Shown here: in pieces, positions 10,544-20,011 of the stretch
How positions within the stretch are numbered: the first letter of the stretch is position 1
How the letters are laid out: each line of letters starts with the position of its first letter
Assembly: GCA_038882955.1 (NCBI GenBank)
Contig: JAVZNC010000005.1
Coordinates: forward strand, 32,001 to 96,000
Direction of reading: 5' to 3'
DNA: 64,000 nt
Source: Candidatus Bathyarchaeia archaeon
GTDB taxonomy: Archaea > Thermoproteota > Bathyarchaeia > Bathyarchaeales > Bathycorpusculaceae
Translations under genes and position numbers: made by a program
Notes under the pieces: model-generated
Seen by the model: the letters and a program-made list of their open reading frames with translations, nothing else
What the model was told of the DNA's origin: nothing
The model's database searches: none

Positions 10544-11125
10544 TCATCTACTAGGCTGCTCGGTTTCTTTCGTTTTACGTCTCTTGAAGATTAGGGTTAT
10601 ATCAACTTTCAACAGCAAAACCGTTACTATTATTGTGAATATTATTGAGGCGATTACCAGCGCTTCTTGGCTTATAAAAGGCGCAAGTTGTTCTTGAGCC
10701 GTATTTCCAAGGTAGGCTCCAATCACGGATATTAGCAGCTTTCCAATAAAGTATGGCACAAAAAACTTGACTGGATTATATTTCAAAAGTCCTAATGGTA
10801 CAATAACGGGCTCGTCTGGAAGCGGTGATGCGGCAACAATAAAAAGCGCCAGAAAAGCCCAGTGTTTAATTTTTGTTCCAGTTGTGTTGAGGCGTGTTCT
10901 TCGTTCTTCGCCTATGAAGCCGCTGATGAAAAATGTTACAGCGTAATGGATGGACTTTGCTAGGGCTGAGCCCAGGGCGACAAGAAAGCCTATGGTAAAC
11001 GGGTCAGCGTTTACAAGTAAAGCCATGTTTGCGGCGATCAGCATGTTGGATGGTCCAGTGAAGGGTATAATGTTCAAAACGAATGAGGTGGCTAGTATGC
11101 CTAGAAGCTCGTACAGAGCAGCCAA
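10544..11125 (-). CDS. DedA/VTT (SNARE-associated) family membrane protein
   Basis: NIIPF.GP, ASPLPDE…PLGL, F…GK motifs; GAGGT SD suggests start near 11125-11128 rather than 11170. Confidence 0.75.
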   Translation of the reverse strand: MAALYELLGILATSFVLNIIPFTGPSNMLIAANMALLVNADPFTIGFLVALGSALAKSIHYAVTFFISGFIGEERRTRLNTTGTKIKHWAFLALFIVAASPLPDEPVIVPLGLLKYNPVKFFVPYFIGKLLISVIGAYLGNTAQEQLAPFISQEALVIASIIFTIIVTVLLLKVDITLIFKRRKTKETEQPSR

Positions 11126-11230
11126 CAGTTCTACCTCATCTCTTAACAAACAAAAATTATAAATCATCATTTAAAGATGTAGGTATTCCGTATCTGCCTA
11201 ACAGAAATGTAACCATTAAGGGGCGTTAAT

Positions 11231-11758
11231 TTGTCAACTAAAAAAGAGCAGATTTGGATAGCCCGAGACCTATCAAAGTGTAGCGGCTGTAGAAGATGCG
11301 AAATCGTCTGTTCGCTTTTCCATGAAAAACGCATTTGGCCTGAAGCTTCCAGAATAAGGGTTTTTATGCTTGTTCCGGGCACTGATTTTCCACATTTCTG
11401 TGTGCAATGTGAGGATTATCCATGTGTGCAAGCTTGTCCAGTTAAGGCGTTGTCGGTGAGCGAACAAACTGGCGCTGTTTTGGTTGATAGAGAATCTTGC
11501 ATTGCTTGTGGGCAGTGTTTTGAGGCTTGTCCTGGAAGGATTCCGCACATGCATCCCACAGAAGATTACATACTCATCTGTGATTTATGTGGTGGAGATC
11601 CTCAATGCGTTAAGGTTTGCCAAGAAGGTTCGTGGAACGTTCTGCGCGTTGTTTCCAGAGGGGATTACGCATATAGGCTTTATGCTCGCAAGCCAGAAGA
11701 AATAGCGCGAAGCTTAGCTGTCAAAATTTATGGGGAGAAGGGGGAAAGGTTCCTATGA
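11231..11758 (+). CDS. 4Fe-4S polyferredoxin subunit (DmsB/HycB-like) of AOR-family enzyme
   Basis: Four Cys clusters: CSGCRRCEIVC, CVQCEDYPCVQACP, CIACGQCFEACP, CDLCGGDPQCVKVC; ATGA overlap with AOR. Confidence 0.9.
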   Translation: MSTKKEQIWIARDLSKCSGCRRCEIVCSLFHEKRIWPEASRIRVFMLVPGTDFPHFCVQCEDYPCVQACPVKALSVSEQTGAVLVDRESCIACGQCFEACPGRIPHMHPTEDYILICDLCGGDPQCVKVCQEGSWNVLRVVSRGDYAYRLYARKPEEIARSLAVKIYGEKGERFL

Positions 11759-13623
11759 TTTTGGGTTATGCTGGAAAATTTTTGGAAGTCAACCTTTCAA
11801 CTGGAGAAATTAAAGAAACAAGGTTTAGCGACGATGTTTTAAGGGATTACGTTGGCGGTAGAGGCTTAGCGGCAAAAATTTTGTGGGATAGGTTGGGCGG
11901 CAAATGGGAAACCGTTAACCCGCTTGGACAAGAAAACATTTTGCTATTTTTAACTGGACCGCTTACGGGTCTCTTCCCAGGCGGTAGAATCTGCGTTTCT
12001 GGGAAGTCTCCCCAAAGCAATGGCGTTGTTGGTTCAACAGTCGGCGGAGAGTTTGGCGTTGAGTTAAAATGTGCCGGTTATGACGGTATAATAGTGGCTG
12101 GGGAAGCGGAAAAACCCTCCTACTTATTCGTTAAGGACGGAGACGCTGAGATTAGGGACGCATCTCATGTTTGGGGCAAAGACGCGAAGCAAACAGTCGC
12201 AATCTTAACAAGGGAATGCAGAGGGCTTTTGAATAAGCGTTTTCCAAAGAAGGGCGAATGGAAAGAACCAGCCATCCTATACATTGGTCCAGCTGGAGAA
12301 AACAAGGTTCGCACAGCTGTTGTTGCGGCTAAATGGACGCATGCAGCGGGTTATGGCGGTTATGGCGCAGTTATGGGTTCCAAAAAACTTAAGGCAATAG
12401 CTGTTAAGGGCAGTGGACCGCTTCCAGAAGTTGCGGACATGGAAAAAGTAAAGGAGCTAATGCAAGCAGTGTGCAATGATGTTTATGAGAGTGAGCTTTG
12501 GAGGCGATGGGGAACTGGTTCAGCCGGCTACGAGGTTGGTGCAAAAACAAGTTCAGAGCCTGTTAGAAATTGGCAGGAGGAGTGGCATGACGAGAAAAGC
12601 TTTGGCGTTGACCAGTTTGAGAGCCGTGTTTGGGTTAAGCCTTACTGGGGAGATTTTGGGTGTCCAACAACATGTCTGAAACTTGCCGTAGTGAAAACTG
12701 GAAAGTTTAAGGACGCGATAACAGATAATCCAGACTACGAGTTGCAAGCCTATCTTGGTCCAAACTTGGGCATTTTCACTCCAGAAGAAAACGTGTTTTT
12801 GGCTTCGCTTATTGATGATTTGGGACTTTGTGGAATACAAACTGGAAATGTCATGGGATTTGCGGCAGAGCTTTTCCAGAGGGGCATATTAACAAAGGAT
12901 GACTTGAATGGCTTAGAGCTTAAGTGGGGCGACGCCGAAGCCTTCGCAGCTTTAGCCAAGAAAATTGCTTTTCGAGAAGGTATAGGCGGCCTGCTGGCTG
13001 AGGGAACCTATCGCGCAGCATTGAAAATTCAAGAAATGAAAGGAACTGATGTTTTACGGTATGCTGTTCAATGTAAGGGCATAGGTATAGGCGCTCATGG
13101 AATCCGAAGCGGAAAGGATTATCCAGAAAGCTATTCTTACGCGTGTTCAGTTCAGGGAGGAGACCACACATCAACCGCTTGTCTTCCGCTGGAGGATTTC
13201 AGAAGCGAGCTTGCAATGACATTTAACGATTCTGCAGTGTACTGCTACTTCAACATTTTCGGAATACCACGCGGCTTAAAATTCGAATTTTACAAGGCAG
13301 TCACAGGCATAGAACTAACACAAGAAGAATGGATTAACACGAAAGCCTTGCGAATACTTCAACTGCAAAGGGCAATGCTGCTTCTCGGCGGACCAGACCT
13401 AAAATGGAACCCGAAAATACATGATTTAAACCCGCCAAGATTCTATGAACCGCTGCCGTCTGGACCATACAAAGGAAAAGCCGCTGGCAAGGCGGAGGTT
13501 GATGCGGAAATTAAGCGATATTATGAGGCTGTCGGCTGGGACGAGAACGGCATTCCAAAAAGCGAAACGCTTAGAAAACTTGGCTTGGACGATGTTGACA
13601 AGGCTTTGGAAAAACTGCGCTGA
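11755..13623 (+). CDS. Tungsten-containing aldehyde:ferredoxin oxidoreductase family, large subunit (WOR5/GOR-like two-subunit type)
   Basis: GGRGLAAKIL, KSPQS, IGPAGEN, GAVMGSKKLKAI, DDLGLC, GWDENGIP motifs. Confidence 0.9.
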   Translation: MILGYAGKFLEVNLSTGEIKETRFSDDVLRDYVGGRGLAAKILWDRLGGKWETVNPLGQENILLFLTGPLTGLFPGGRICVSGKSPQSNGVVGSTVGGEFGVELKCAGYDGIIVAGEAEKPSYLFVKDGDAEIRDASHVWGKDAKQTVAILTRECRGLLNKRFPKKGEWKEPAILYIGPAGENKVRTAVVAAKWTHAAGYGGYGAVMGSKKLKAIAVKGSGPLPEVADMEKVKELMQAVCNDVYESELWRRWGTGSAGYEVGAKTSSEPVRNWQEEWHDEKSFGVDQFESRVWVKPYWGDFGCPTTCLKLAVVKTGKFKDAITDNPDYELQAYLGPNLGIFTPEENVFLASLIDDLGLCGIQTGNVMGFAAELFQRGILTKDDLNGLELKWGDAEAFAALAKKIAFREGIGGLLAEGTYRAALKIQEMKGTDVLRYAVQCKGIGIGAHGIRSGKDYPESYSYACSVQGGDHTSTACLPLEDFRSELAMTFNDSAVYCYFNIFGIPRGLKFEFYKAVTGIELTQEEWINTKALRILQLQRAMLLLGGPDLKWNPKIHDLNPPRFYEPLPSGPYKGKAAGKAEVDAEIKRYYEAVGWDENGIPKSETLRKLGLDDVDKALEKLR

Positions 13624-13655
13624 AAATCACACTTTTGGAGTAAAAATCAACCCTG

Positions 13656-13726
13656 CCCTCTGGGTTTTCAACAGTCAATTTATGCTGGTGAATTGTGTTA
13701 AATTCGATACCCCCTCTAGATTTTCA
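13656..13726. repeat. Two direct copies of a 15-bp motif CCCTCTRGRTTTTCA
   Basis: CCCTCTGGGTTTTCA at 13656-13670 and CCCTCTAGATTTTCA at 13712-13726, between convergent genes. Confidence 0.5.
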
Positions 13727-13736
13727 GTTGCAAAAG

Positions 13737-14345
13737 TTAGGTGGTTATGCGAATAACTCTTGTAGGCGTAACAATTAGCGATACTTTCTCGTCTTTTTCC
13801 TCGAATGGAACAGCTTCAACAACTTGTATGTCGTGTACGGTTGTTGCTATTGGGATTTCTCCAAACATCCTTTTTAGGATGGCTATTTCTGTGTCGCCGT
13901 AGCCATGTCCCTTCCCAAGCCTATGCCCATACACGTCAACAGCCACTGAACCCTCAACTATCAGGTCTGGTTTTGGAAAAGATTGTGTTTCTACGCCGAG
14001 CTCGAATGCGCCTTTGATGGTTGAGGCGAAACGCTCCTTTCCTCGCACTTTCGCTGGTTCGATTAGGATGAAGCCTCGTGCAAGCCTCGGGGAAGCCATT
14101 ATCAGCGTTTTCCCGTCCAGCAGCGCGTTTTCTCTAACCTTCTGTTGAGGCGAATCTGGATTTGCGAATATCACTTTTGCTTTTTTCCACTCGCTCACTT
14201 GGCACAGTTTTTCAGCCGCTGCTGACGCGCCTAAAAAGTTTGGGATTCGTCCCCTACAAGGTTTGGGGAAGGTGGCTATTCCTCTACGTTCCATTTCACT
14301 CCAAATTTTCTCGCGTAACTGCTGTTTTTTCTGGGCTATGCTCAT
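13737..14345 (-). CDS. 5-formyltetrahydrofolate cyclo-ligase family (COG0212)
   Basis: GRIPNF, NPDSPQ, GSVAVD..G.RLGKG.GYGD, TTVHD.Q motifs. Confidence 0.88.
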   Translation of the reverse strand: MSIAQKKQQLREKIWSEMERRGIATFPKPCRGRIPNFLGASAAAEKLCQVSEWKKAKVIFANPDSPQQKVRENALLDGKTLIMASPRLARGFILIEPAKVRGKERFASTIKGAFELGVETQSFPKPDLIVEGSVAVDVYGHRLGKGHGYGDTEIAILKRMFGEIPIATTVHDIQVVEAVPFEEKDEKVSLIVTPTRVIRITT

Positions 14346-14373
14346 TAGTGAACATCTGAAAAAATGAGGGATT

Positions 14374-15573
14374 TTAGATTATTCCCAGTTTTTTGCCGCC
14401 TTCTTTGAATGCGTCTAGGGCTCTGTCAAGCTGTTCGCGTGTGTGTTTCGTGCAGACTTGAACTCTTATTCTGGCTTTGTCTCTTGCCACCATTGGATAG
14501 AAGATTGGCAGTACGAATATGCCCTTAGACCATAAGTAATCCGCCAAGTCCTTCGCCGCTTTGCTTCGCCCACACATCACTGGAATTATGGGCGTCTCAG
14601 TGTTTCCAGTGTCAAAGCCAGCGTCCTGCAATCCCTCAAGAAGGTGGTTGCGGTTCTCCCACACGCGTCTAACATGTTGCGGTTCCGTTTCCAAAACGTC
14701 TATAGCTGCGATGCATGCGGCGGCAACGCCAGGCGGGACGGCGCCGCTTAGAAGCCAGCTTCTGGCTTTGTTGTAGGCAAAGTTGCGTAAGTCTTCGCCT
14801 CCAGTTATGTGTCCGCCTATGACGCCGAAGGCTTTTGAGAAAGTGCCCATTTCAACGTGAACCTCATCGCGTGAGAGTTTATAATGGTTGACTATGCCTC
14901 TTCCGCCTTCTCCTAATACTCCTTCTCCATGTGCGTCGTCAACGTAAACTCCAGCGCCGTGTTCTTTGGCGACTTTCGCTATTTCCCGCAAAGGCGCAGT
15001 GTCGCCGTCCATGCTGAAAACTCCGTCTGTCAATATCCAAATTTGCTTGTACGGCGGGTCGTGTTTTTCAGCCTCTTCTAAAACGCGGGCTAGGTCTTCA
15101 ACGTCCTTATGCTTGTATATTGCCCTATCAGCGTGGCTTAGGCGTACACCATCAATTATTGAGCCGTGGTTCAATTCGTCTGAAACGAAGAGGTCTCCCT
15201 TGTCGGCGAGTTGCGGTATAACCCCCTCATTAGCCATAAAACCCGTCTGAAAAGTTAACGATGCTGGAGCATTCTTGAATTTTGCAAGTCTGCGGTCAAG
15301 CTCCTCGTGGAGGCTCATGTTGCCCGCAATTGAGCGGTCGCTTCCTGCACCTGCGCCGTATTTTCTTGTTGCTTCTATCATTGCTTCAACAACTTTTGGA
15401 TGTGTTGCCAAGTTTAGGTAGTTGTTTGCGCAGAGCATCAGAACCTCTTTGCCGTCGACTATGCATATTGGCTCGCTTGCGCTTTCCAAAACTTTGAGTT
15501 CCCAGTTTAGGTTTTCGCGAACCAAGCGCTGGTATTCTTCGCCTAAATATTTTGTTGGATGACGCTTAATCAT
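14374..15573 (-). CDS. kbl: 2-amino-3-ketobutyrate CoA ligase (glycine C-acetyltransferase)
   Basis: CANNYL, SDELNHGSIIDG, DGVFSMDG, DDAHG, GTFSKAFG; directly downstream of threonine dehydrogenase. Confidence 0.85.
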   Translation of the reverse strand: MIKRHPTKYLGEEYQRLVRENLNWELKVLESASEPICIVDGKEVLMLCANNYLNLATHPKVVEAMIEATRKYGAGAGSDRSIAGNMSLHEELDRRLAKFKNAPASLTFQTGFMANEGVIPQLADKGDLFVSDELNHGSIIDGVRLSHADRAIYKHKDVEDLARVLEEAEKHDPPYKQIWILTDGVFSMDGDTAPLREIAKVAKEHGAGVYVDDAHGEGVLGEGGRGIVNHYKLSRDEVHVEMGTFSKAFGVIGGHITGGEDLRNFAYNKARSWLLSGAVPPGVAAACIAAIDVLETEPQHVRRVWENRNHLLEGLQDAGFDTGNTETPIIPVMCGRSKAAKDLADYLWSKGIFVLPIFYPMVARDKARIRVQVCTKHTREQLDRALDAFKEGGKKLGII

Positions 15574-15647
15574 AACATGTTCACCTTACAAAAGAGAGTT
15601 TGCACAGAAGCTCTTTTAACGTTTCCTATGCGGCGAACAACGTTTCA

Positions 15648-16637
15648 CTATGCCAAATTTGCGGCTAGCTTCTTTGACAACTTCTCAATCATATCCCTAG
15701 TCATAGAAGCCAAATCATACTTTGGGTTCCAACCCCAATCCCTACGGGCTAGGCTATCATCAATAGTCATGGGCCAAGAGTCCGCAATTTTCTGCCTAAA
15801 GTCTGGTTTGTACTCGCATTCGAATTCTGGAATATGCTTCTTAATTTCCGCTGCAAGCTCCCCAGCAGAAAAACTCATAGCCGTCACGTTGTAGCTTGTG
15901 CGGCAACTAATCCTTTCATGTTCTGTTTCCATAAGCTTGATTGCGGCGTTTATGCAGTCTGGCATATACATCATGGGCAAAATGGTGTCTTTACGCACAA
16001 AACACGTGTAGCGCTTATGCCTAATCGCCTCATAAAAAATCTCCACAGCATAGTCCGTTGTTCCGCCTCCTGGAGGTGTTTCGCTGCTTATGATGCCTGG
16101 ATAACGCACACTGCGCACATCCAAGCCGAAACGTTGAAAATAATAGTTGCATAAAAGCTCGCCCGCAACTTTCGAAACTCCATAAATTGTTCTTGGAATC
16201 AGAATGGTGTTTTGCGGAGTTTTTATTCGTGGAGCTTCTGGACCGAAAACCGCGATTGAGCTTGGCCAGAAAACTTGTAGGCGGAATTCCCTTGCAACTT
16301 CAAGTATGTTATAAAGTCCGTCCATGTTTATGTGCCATGCAAGCTGCGGGTTTTCCTCACCAGTCGCCGAAAGAACAGCCGCCAAATGATAAACCGTGTC
16401 TATGTCATATTCTTTTACGACTTTTTTTATGTTTTCCCTATCTGTAACGTCAGCATAAACGAATGGTCCAGAAGACAAGAGCTTATCGCTTGGCTTTCGC
16501 CTATGTCCAACAGCCACGACGTTTTCGTTGCCATATCTTTCACGAAGCGCCTCTGTAAGTTCGGAGCCTATTTGCCCAGTTGCCCCAGTGACCAAAACCC
16601 TTTTAGTGCCCTTTTTTGTCATTGGTTTACCTCGCAT
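15648..16637 (-). CDS. tdh: L-threonine 3-dehydrogenase (SDR/epimerase type)
   Basis: GATGQIG, LSATGE, PSSIAVFG, YGVSK, PGGGTTDYAV, RQKIADSWP. Confidence 0.88.
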   Translation of the reverse strand: MRGKPMTKKGTKRVLVTGATGQIGSELTEALRERYGNENVVAVGHRRKPSDKLLSSGPFVYADVTDRENIKKVVKEYDIDTVYHLAAVLSATGEENPQLAWHINMDGLYNILEVAREFRLQVFWPSSIAVFGPEAPRIKTPQNTILIPRTIYGVSKVAGELLCNYYFQRFGLDVRSVRYPGIISSETPPGGGTTDYAVEIFYEAIRHKRYTCFVRKDTILPMMYMPDCINAAIKLMETEHERISCRTSYNVTAMSFSAGELAAEIKKHIPEFECEYKPDFRQKIADSWPMTIDDSLARRDWGWNPKYDLASMTRDMIEKLSKKLAANLA

Positions 16638-16692
16638 TTAGACGGGAGAACAAGTTTAAAATTTCAATGCATATAAGAATTTTCAGAGAAAA

Positions 16693-17325
16693 TCACGGTT
16701 TGGCATGCTCTAGTTGGCGAAGCAGTTCATCAATTGGCTTCTGGTGAAAGTCAACCTTCAAGCTCAAAACCACTTGCTTAGCATTTACAACAATAATTGC
16801 CGCGGAGCGCTCCCCACGCTTGTCTCCGCCAGCCTCGCTTCCAGCTTTTAATGCTTCAACAAGCCTTAAAGCGAAAGCGCTTTGAGAATTCTCAAAGCTT
16901 TCAATCATCTTGTTCACCACTTCGCTCTTTGCGAGCAGGTTTCCAATAGCAACGCAATTCTCTTTAACAATTTCAGCCCAGCATTCTGGAACATCTTTTC
17001 CAGTGAAAACTGCCTTCCGCTTTTGAAAGTCAATGATCGCCACTTGCCGCAAATCCCGTTCTGCATCTTTAGCCAAAAGGGCATCTAACGCCTCTTTTGG
17101 AGAAAAACCCCTCGCGAGCAAATCTAGCCCCTTAACACCATATATGACATTCGTGTATGCTTGAGTGGCAATTACGCCTATGCTGGGCTTTGCGTGTGGA
17201 ACTCTGTCGCCAACAGACGTTGAACCCGAAGCAACAGCCACGCCCATAAGTTTTTCGTCACTTGACATTGCAAGAATCGAAAATGTCCCATTAATTTTTT
17301 TGGAACTGGAATTTGTTGTCTGCAA
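16693..17325 (-). CDS. DUF1028 family Ntn-hydrolase-like protein
   Basis: TFSI, GVAVAS, VG.RVP, ATQA, RQVA, GNLL, GGDKRG..SAA. Confidence 0.85.
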   Translation of the reverse strand: MQTTNSSSKKINGTFSILAMSSDEKLMGVAVASGSTSVGDRVPHAKPSIGVIATQAYTNVIYGVKGLDLLARGFSPKEALDALLAKDAERDLRQVAIIDFQKRKAVFTGKDVPECWAEIVKENCVAIGNLLAKSEVVNKMIESFENSQSAFALRLVEALKAGSEAGGDKRGERSAAIIVVNAKQVVLSLKVDFHQKPIDELLRQLEHAKP

Positions 17326-17423
17326 CTTTATTTTCGGCTCTCCCAGATTGTCTTAAACGTGGATATGCTAAAATAGTTTGCAGCGTAAACCAAACATGAG
17401 TTTTGGGGTGGTTGAAGAGAAAC

Positions 17424-18545
17424 ATGAAGCTGGGCTTCATCGTTAACCCGATTGCGGGCATGGGTGGCAGAGTTGGACTTAAAGGGACAGACGGCGTTTT
17501 AAAAGAGGCTATCGCGAGAGGCGCTAAACCAGTAGCTCCAGAAAGGGCAGCAGAGTTTCTGAAAAAACTAAAAGAAAGCCGTGGAAACCTAGAAATTGAA
17601 ATTTTAACGTGTCCAGAAGTCATGGGCGAAGAAGAAGCGAGAAGCGCCAACATCAGCGTTAAACTTTTGCCGATGAAACTGGGAATCGAAACAAGCGCTG
17701 AAGACACGAAGATTGCGATCAAGATGCTTGTCGAAGCTAATGTTGACCTAATCGTTTTTGTTGGCGGAGACGGAACAGCCAAAGACATTTTTGACGCTAT
17801 GAAAGGTTGCAGCGCGGCTGTTCCAGTTTTAGGCGTTCCATCAGGCGTGAAAATGTACAGCGGAATCTTCGCGGTTAACCCCGCTGACGCCGTCGATGTG
17901 GTTTTGGCTTTTGCTGAAAACCAAGCTGAAATTGCGGACTTCGAAATTATGGATGCTGACGAGAAGGCTATTCGCAGTGACACGTTCGCTGTGAAGCTTC
18001 ACGGTTTCTTGAAAGGTCCATTTCTTCCAATGCGAATCCAAGGAAGCAAGCAGGTCAGCCCAGAAACTGTTGATGAAAAGGAGAATCAAACAGCAATAGC
18101 AAAATCCATAATTGAAGATATGCATCCAGACGCTACATACATACTTGGTCCGGGAACAACGGTCAAGCGTATAGCCGAACTTTTGGGCGTCGAAAAAACA
18201 GTTCTTGGCGTGGACATCTACAAAAATGGCAAAGTGATTCTTGATGTTGACGAAAGGCGAATATTGGAGGAAGTTAGGGATTGGCAAAAAGCATGGATTA
18301 TTCTCTCGCCAATTGGGCATCAAGGAATGCTTTTGGGAAGGGGCAACCAGCAGATAAGCCCAGAAATAGTCAAACGCGTAACAAAGCAGCGGATAATAGT
18401 TGCCGCGACAAAGAGCAAACTACAAAGCATAGAGGGAAACGTTTTGCGGGTTGACACTGGCGATGCTGAAGTGGACAAGATGCTCCGCGGATACATAAAA
18501 GTCATCACGGATTATAGGGAATGGCGCCTCATGCCAGTTCAATAA
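17424..18545 (+). CDS. ATP-NAD kinase family protein (COG3199/AcoX-like)
   Basis: NPIAGMGG.VGLKGTDG, GGDGTA, GVKMYSG, GRGNQQ, VDTGD. Confidence 0.85.
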   Translation: MKLGFIVNPIAGMGGRVGLKGTDGVLKEAIARGAKPVAPERAAEFLKKLKESRGNLEIEILTCPEVMGEEEARSANISVKLLPMKLGIETSAEDTKIAIKMLVEANVDLIVFVGGDGTAKDIFDAMKGCSAAVPVLGVPSGVKMYSGIFAVNPADAVDVVLAFAENQAEIADFEIMDADEKAIRSDTFAVKLHGFLKGPFLPMRIQGSKQVSPETVDEKENQTAIAKSIIEDMHPDATYILGPGTTVKRIAELLGVEKTVLGVDIYKNGKVILDVDERRILEEVRDWQKAWIILSPIGHQGMLLGRGNQQISPEIVKRVTKQRIIVAATKSKLQSIEGNVLRVDTGDAEVDKMLRGYIKVITDYREWRLMPVQ

Positions 18546-18553
18546 ACGCGCTT

Positions 18554-19792
18554 TTAAGCGCCAAACTGCTTTGTCTTACCAAGCAAACCCATGAGAATGG
18601 GCATTAGGTCAACGCCTCTAATCCTATTAAGCCCGCCCCTAGCACAAGAACGCTCATCAAATTCTTCCACGTCATCGCTGCGCACATAAGGACCAGTGAT
18701 TGCCACTGGAACCGGGTCGCCCTCATGTTTTCCAGTTAAAATTGATGTTGTGTGGTCCGCAGTTACAGCCACATATGTTGAATCCATATCCGCCTTGTCA
18801 AGTATGAAGGCGAGCATCCCGTCGATTTCCTCGATAACCGCAATCTTCTGTTTGACGTTTCCGTCGTGGCTGGCAACATCCGTAGCCTTAACATGCACGA
18901 ACACAAAATCATAATGCTTTAACGCTTCAACGGCGGATTTCGCCTTAGCCATAAAATCCGTCTGAACCGTGCCAGTGGCGCCCTTAACGTCTATTATGTT
19001 CATTCCAGCGACTTTGCAAACACCCCTAATTAACGGTACAGCGGCTATGCACGCGGCTTTCACGCCGTAGATTTCCGAGAAAGCCTTAACTTTCGGGATT
19101 GTACCAGCGCCCCTACACAAAATCACATTTGCCTGCGGTAAACCGCGCTTAACCCGCGCCTTATTAACTGGATGATTCTTCAAAACTTCGTGAAACTTTG
19201 CCATAAGCTCGTTCAAAATTTCAGCCGTAAACCGCGCTTCTGCACTATCATCTAAAGGTTTTACTTCTCGAACTCTCTCTCCAACCTTTTCTGGGTCAGA
19301 ATCACTAACATTTGGGGAAAGCCCGCGCCCGCGAAGAACAAGCACTGCTCTATGCTGAACAGTGTTTTTGAAAAAGAACTTGACAGCGCGATTTTCAAGC
19401 CTAACATCCTGCAAACTTTCAGTCAGCAGCGCCGCGTCCTCGTTGGCTATTCTCCCAGCACGCCTATCCAAAACAACAAAATCCTCACCAACAGTTGCAA
19501 AATTACACCTAAAAGCAACATCTCCTGGCTCCACACTTATGCCAAAGCCAGCTGCTTCCAAGGCGCCCCTTCCAGAATAAACCTTGAACGGGTCATAACC
19601 AAGCAAAGCAAGCGTAGCCGTGTCGCTTCCAGGAGGGATACCAGGCGATATTGGGTCGATTATTCCGCAGACGCCGTTTTTTGCTATGTGGTTCAGCGTT
19701 GGCTTTTTTGCAACTTCCAGTGGCGTTTTCCAGCCTAGTTCTTTTATTGGTCTGTCTGCCATTCCGTCTCCGATGACAAGTATTGCCTTCAA
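18554..19792 (-). CDS. apgM: 2,3-bisphosphoglycerate-independent phosphoglycerate mutase (archaeal)
   Basis: DGMADRP, TPLE.A, GSDTA, GRGALEAAG, HVKATD..SHDG, TADHTT. Confidence 0.93.
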   Translation of the reverse strand: MKAILVIGDGMADRPIKELGWKTPLEVAKKPTLNHIAKNGVCGIIDPISPGIPPGSDTATLALLGYDPFKVYSGRGALEAAGFGISVEPGDVAFRCNFATVGEDFVVLDRRAGRIANEDAALLTESLQDVRLENRAVKFFFKNTVQHRAVLVLRGRGLSPNVSDSDPEKVGERVREVKPLDDSAEARFTAEILNELMAKFHEVLKNHPVNKARVKRGLPQANVILCRGAGTIPKVKAFSEIYGVKAACIAAVPLIRGVCKVAGMNIIDVKGATGTVQTDFMAKAKSAVEALKHYDFVFVHVKATDVASHDGNVKQKIAVIEEIDGMLAFILDKADMDSTYVAVTADHTTSILTGKHEGDPVPVAITGPYVRSDDVEEFDERSCARGGLNRIRGVDLMPILMGLLGKTKQFGA

Positions 19793-20011
19793 TGCTTCAC
19801 ACCCGCTTTAATAACGCGCAATTGAAGTAGGCGCGCATAGTTACATTACTTATGTAGGAAATGTTTAATAGTTTCCTTTGTTATTGTTTTGGAGAGTGGT
19901 TGCAATGGGCGATTGCGTTCCACGTTGCTGAATTCTGCCTTCACTTATTTGACATTAGAATTAGTTTTACACTAGAAATATATTCTTCAACAAACGAAAA
20001 CAAAGGGAGAG

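Noticed and set aside
17291-17983. 230-aa minus-strand ORF
   Set aside because: Antisense shadow of the NAD-kinase-family gene; Ser/Ala-rich with no motifs. The same applies to the many other short ORFs nested antisense within called genes.
19793-20011. Small ORF or RNA in the apgM-proS gap
   Set aside because: Only a ~32-codon minus-strand ORF without supporting features and no convincing stem-loops; compatible with divergent promoters.
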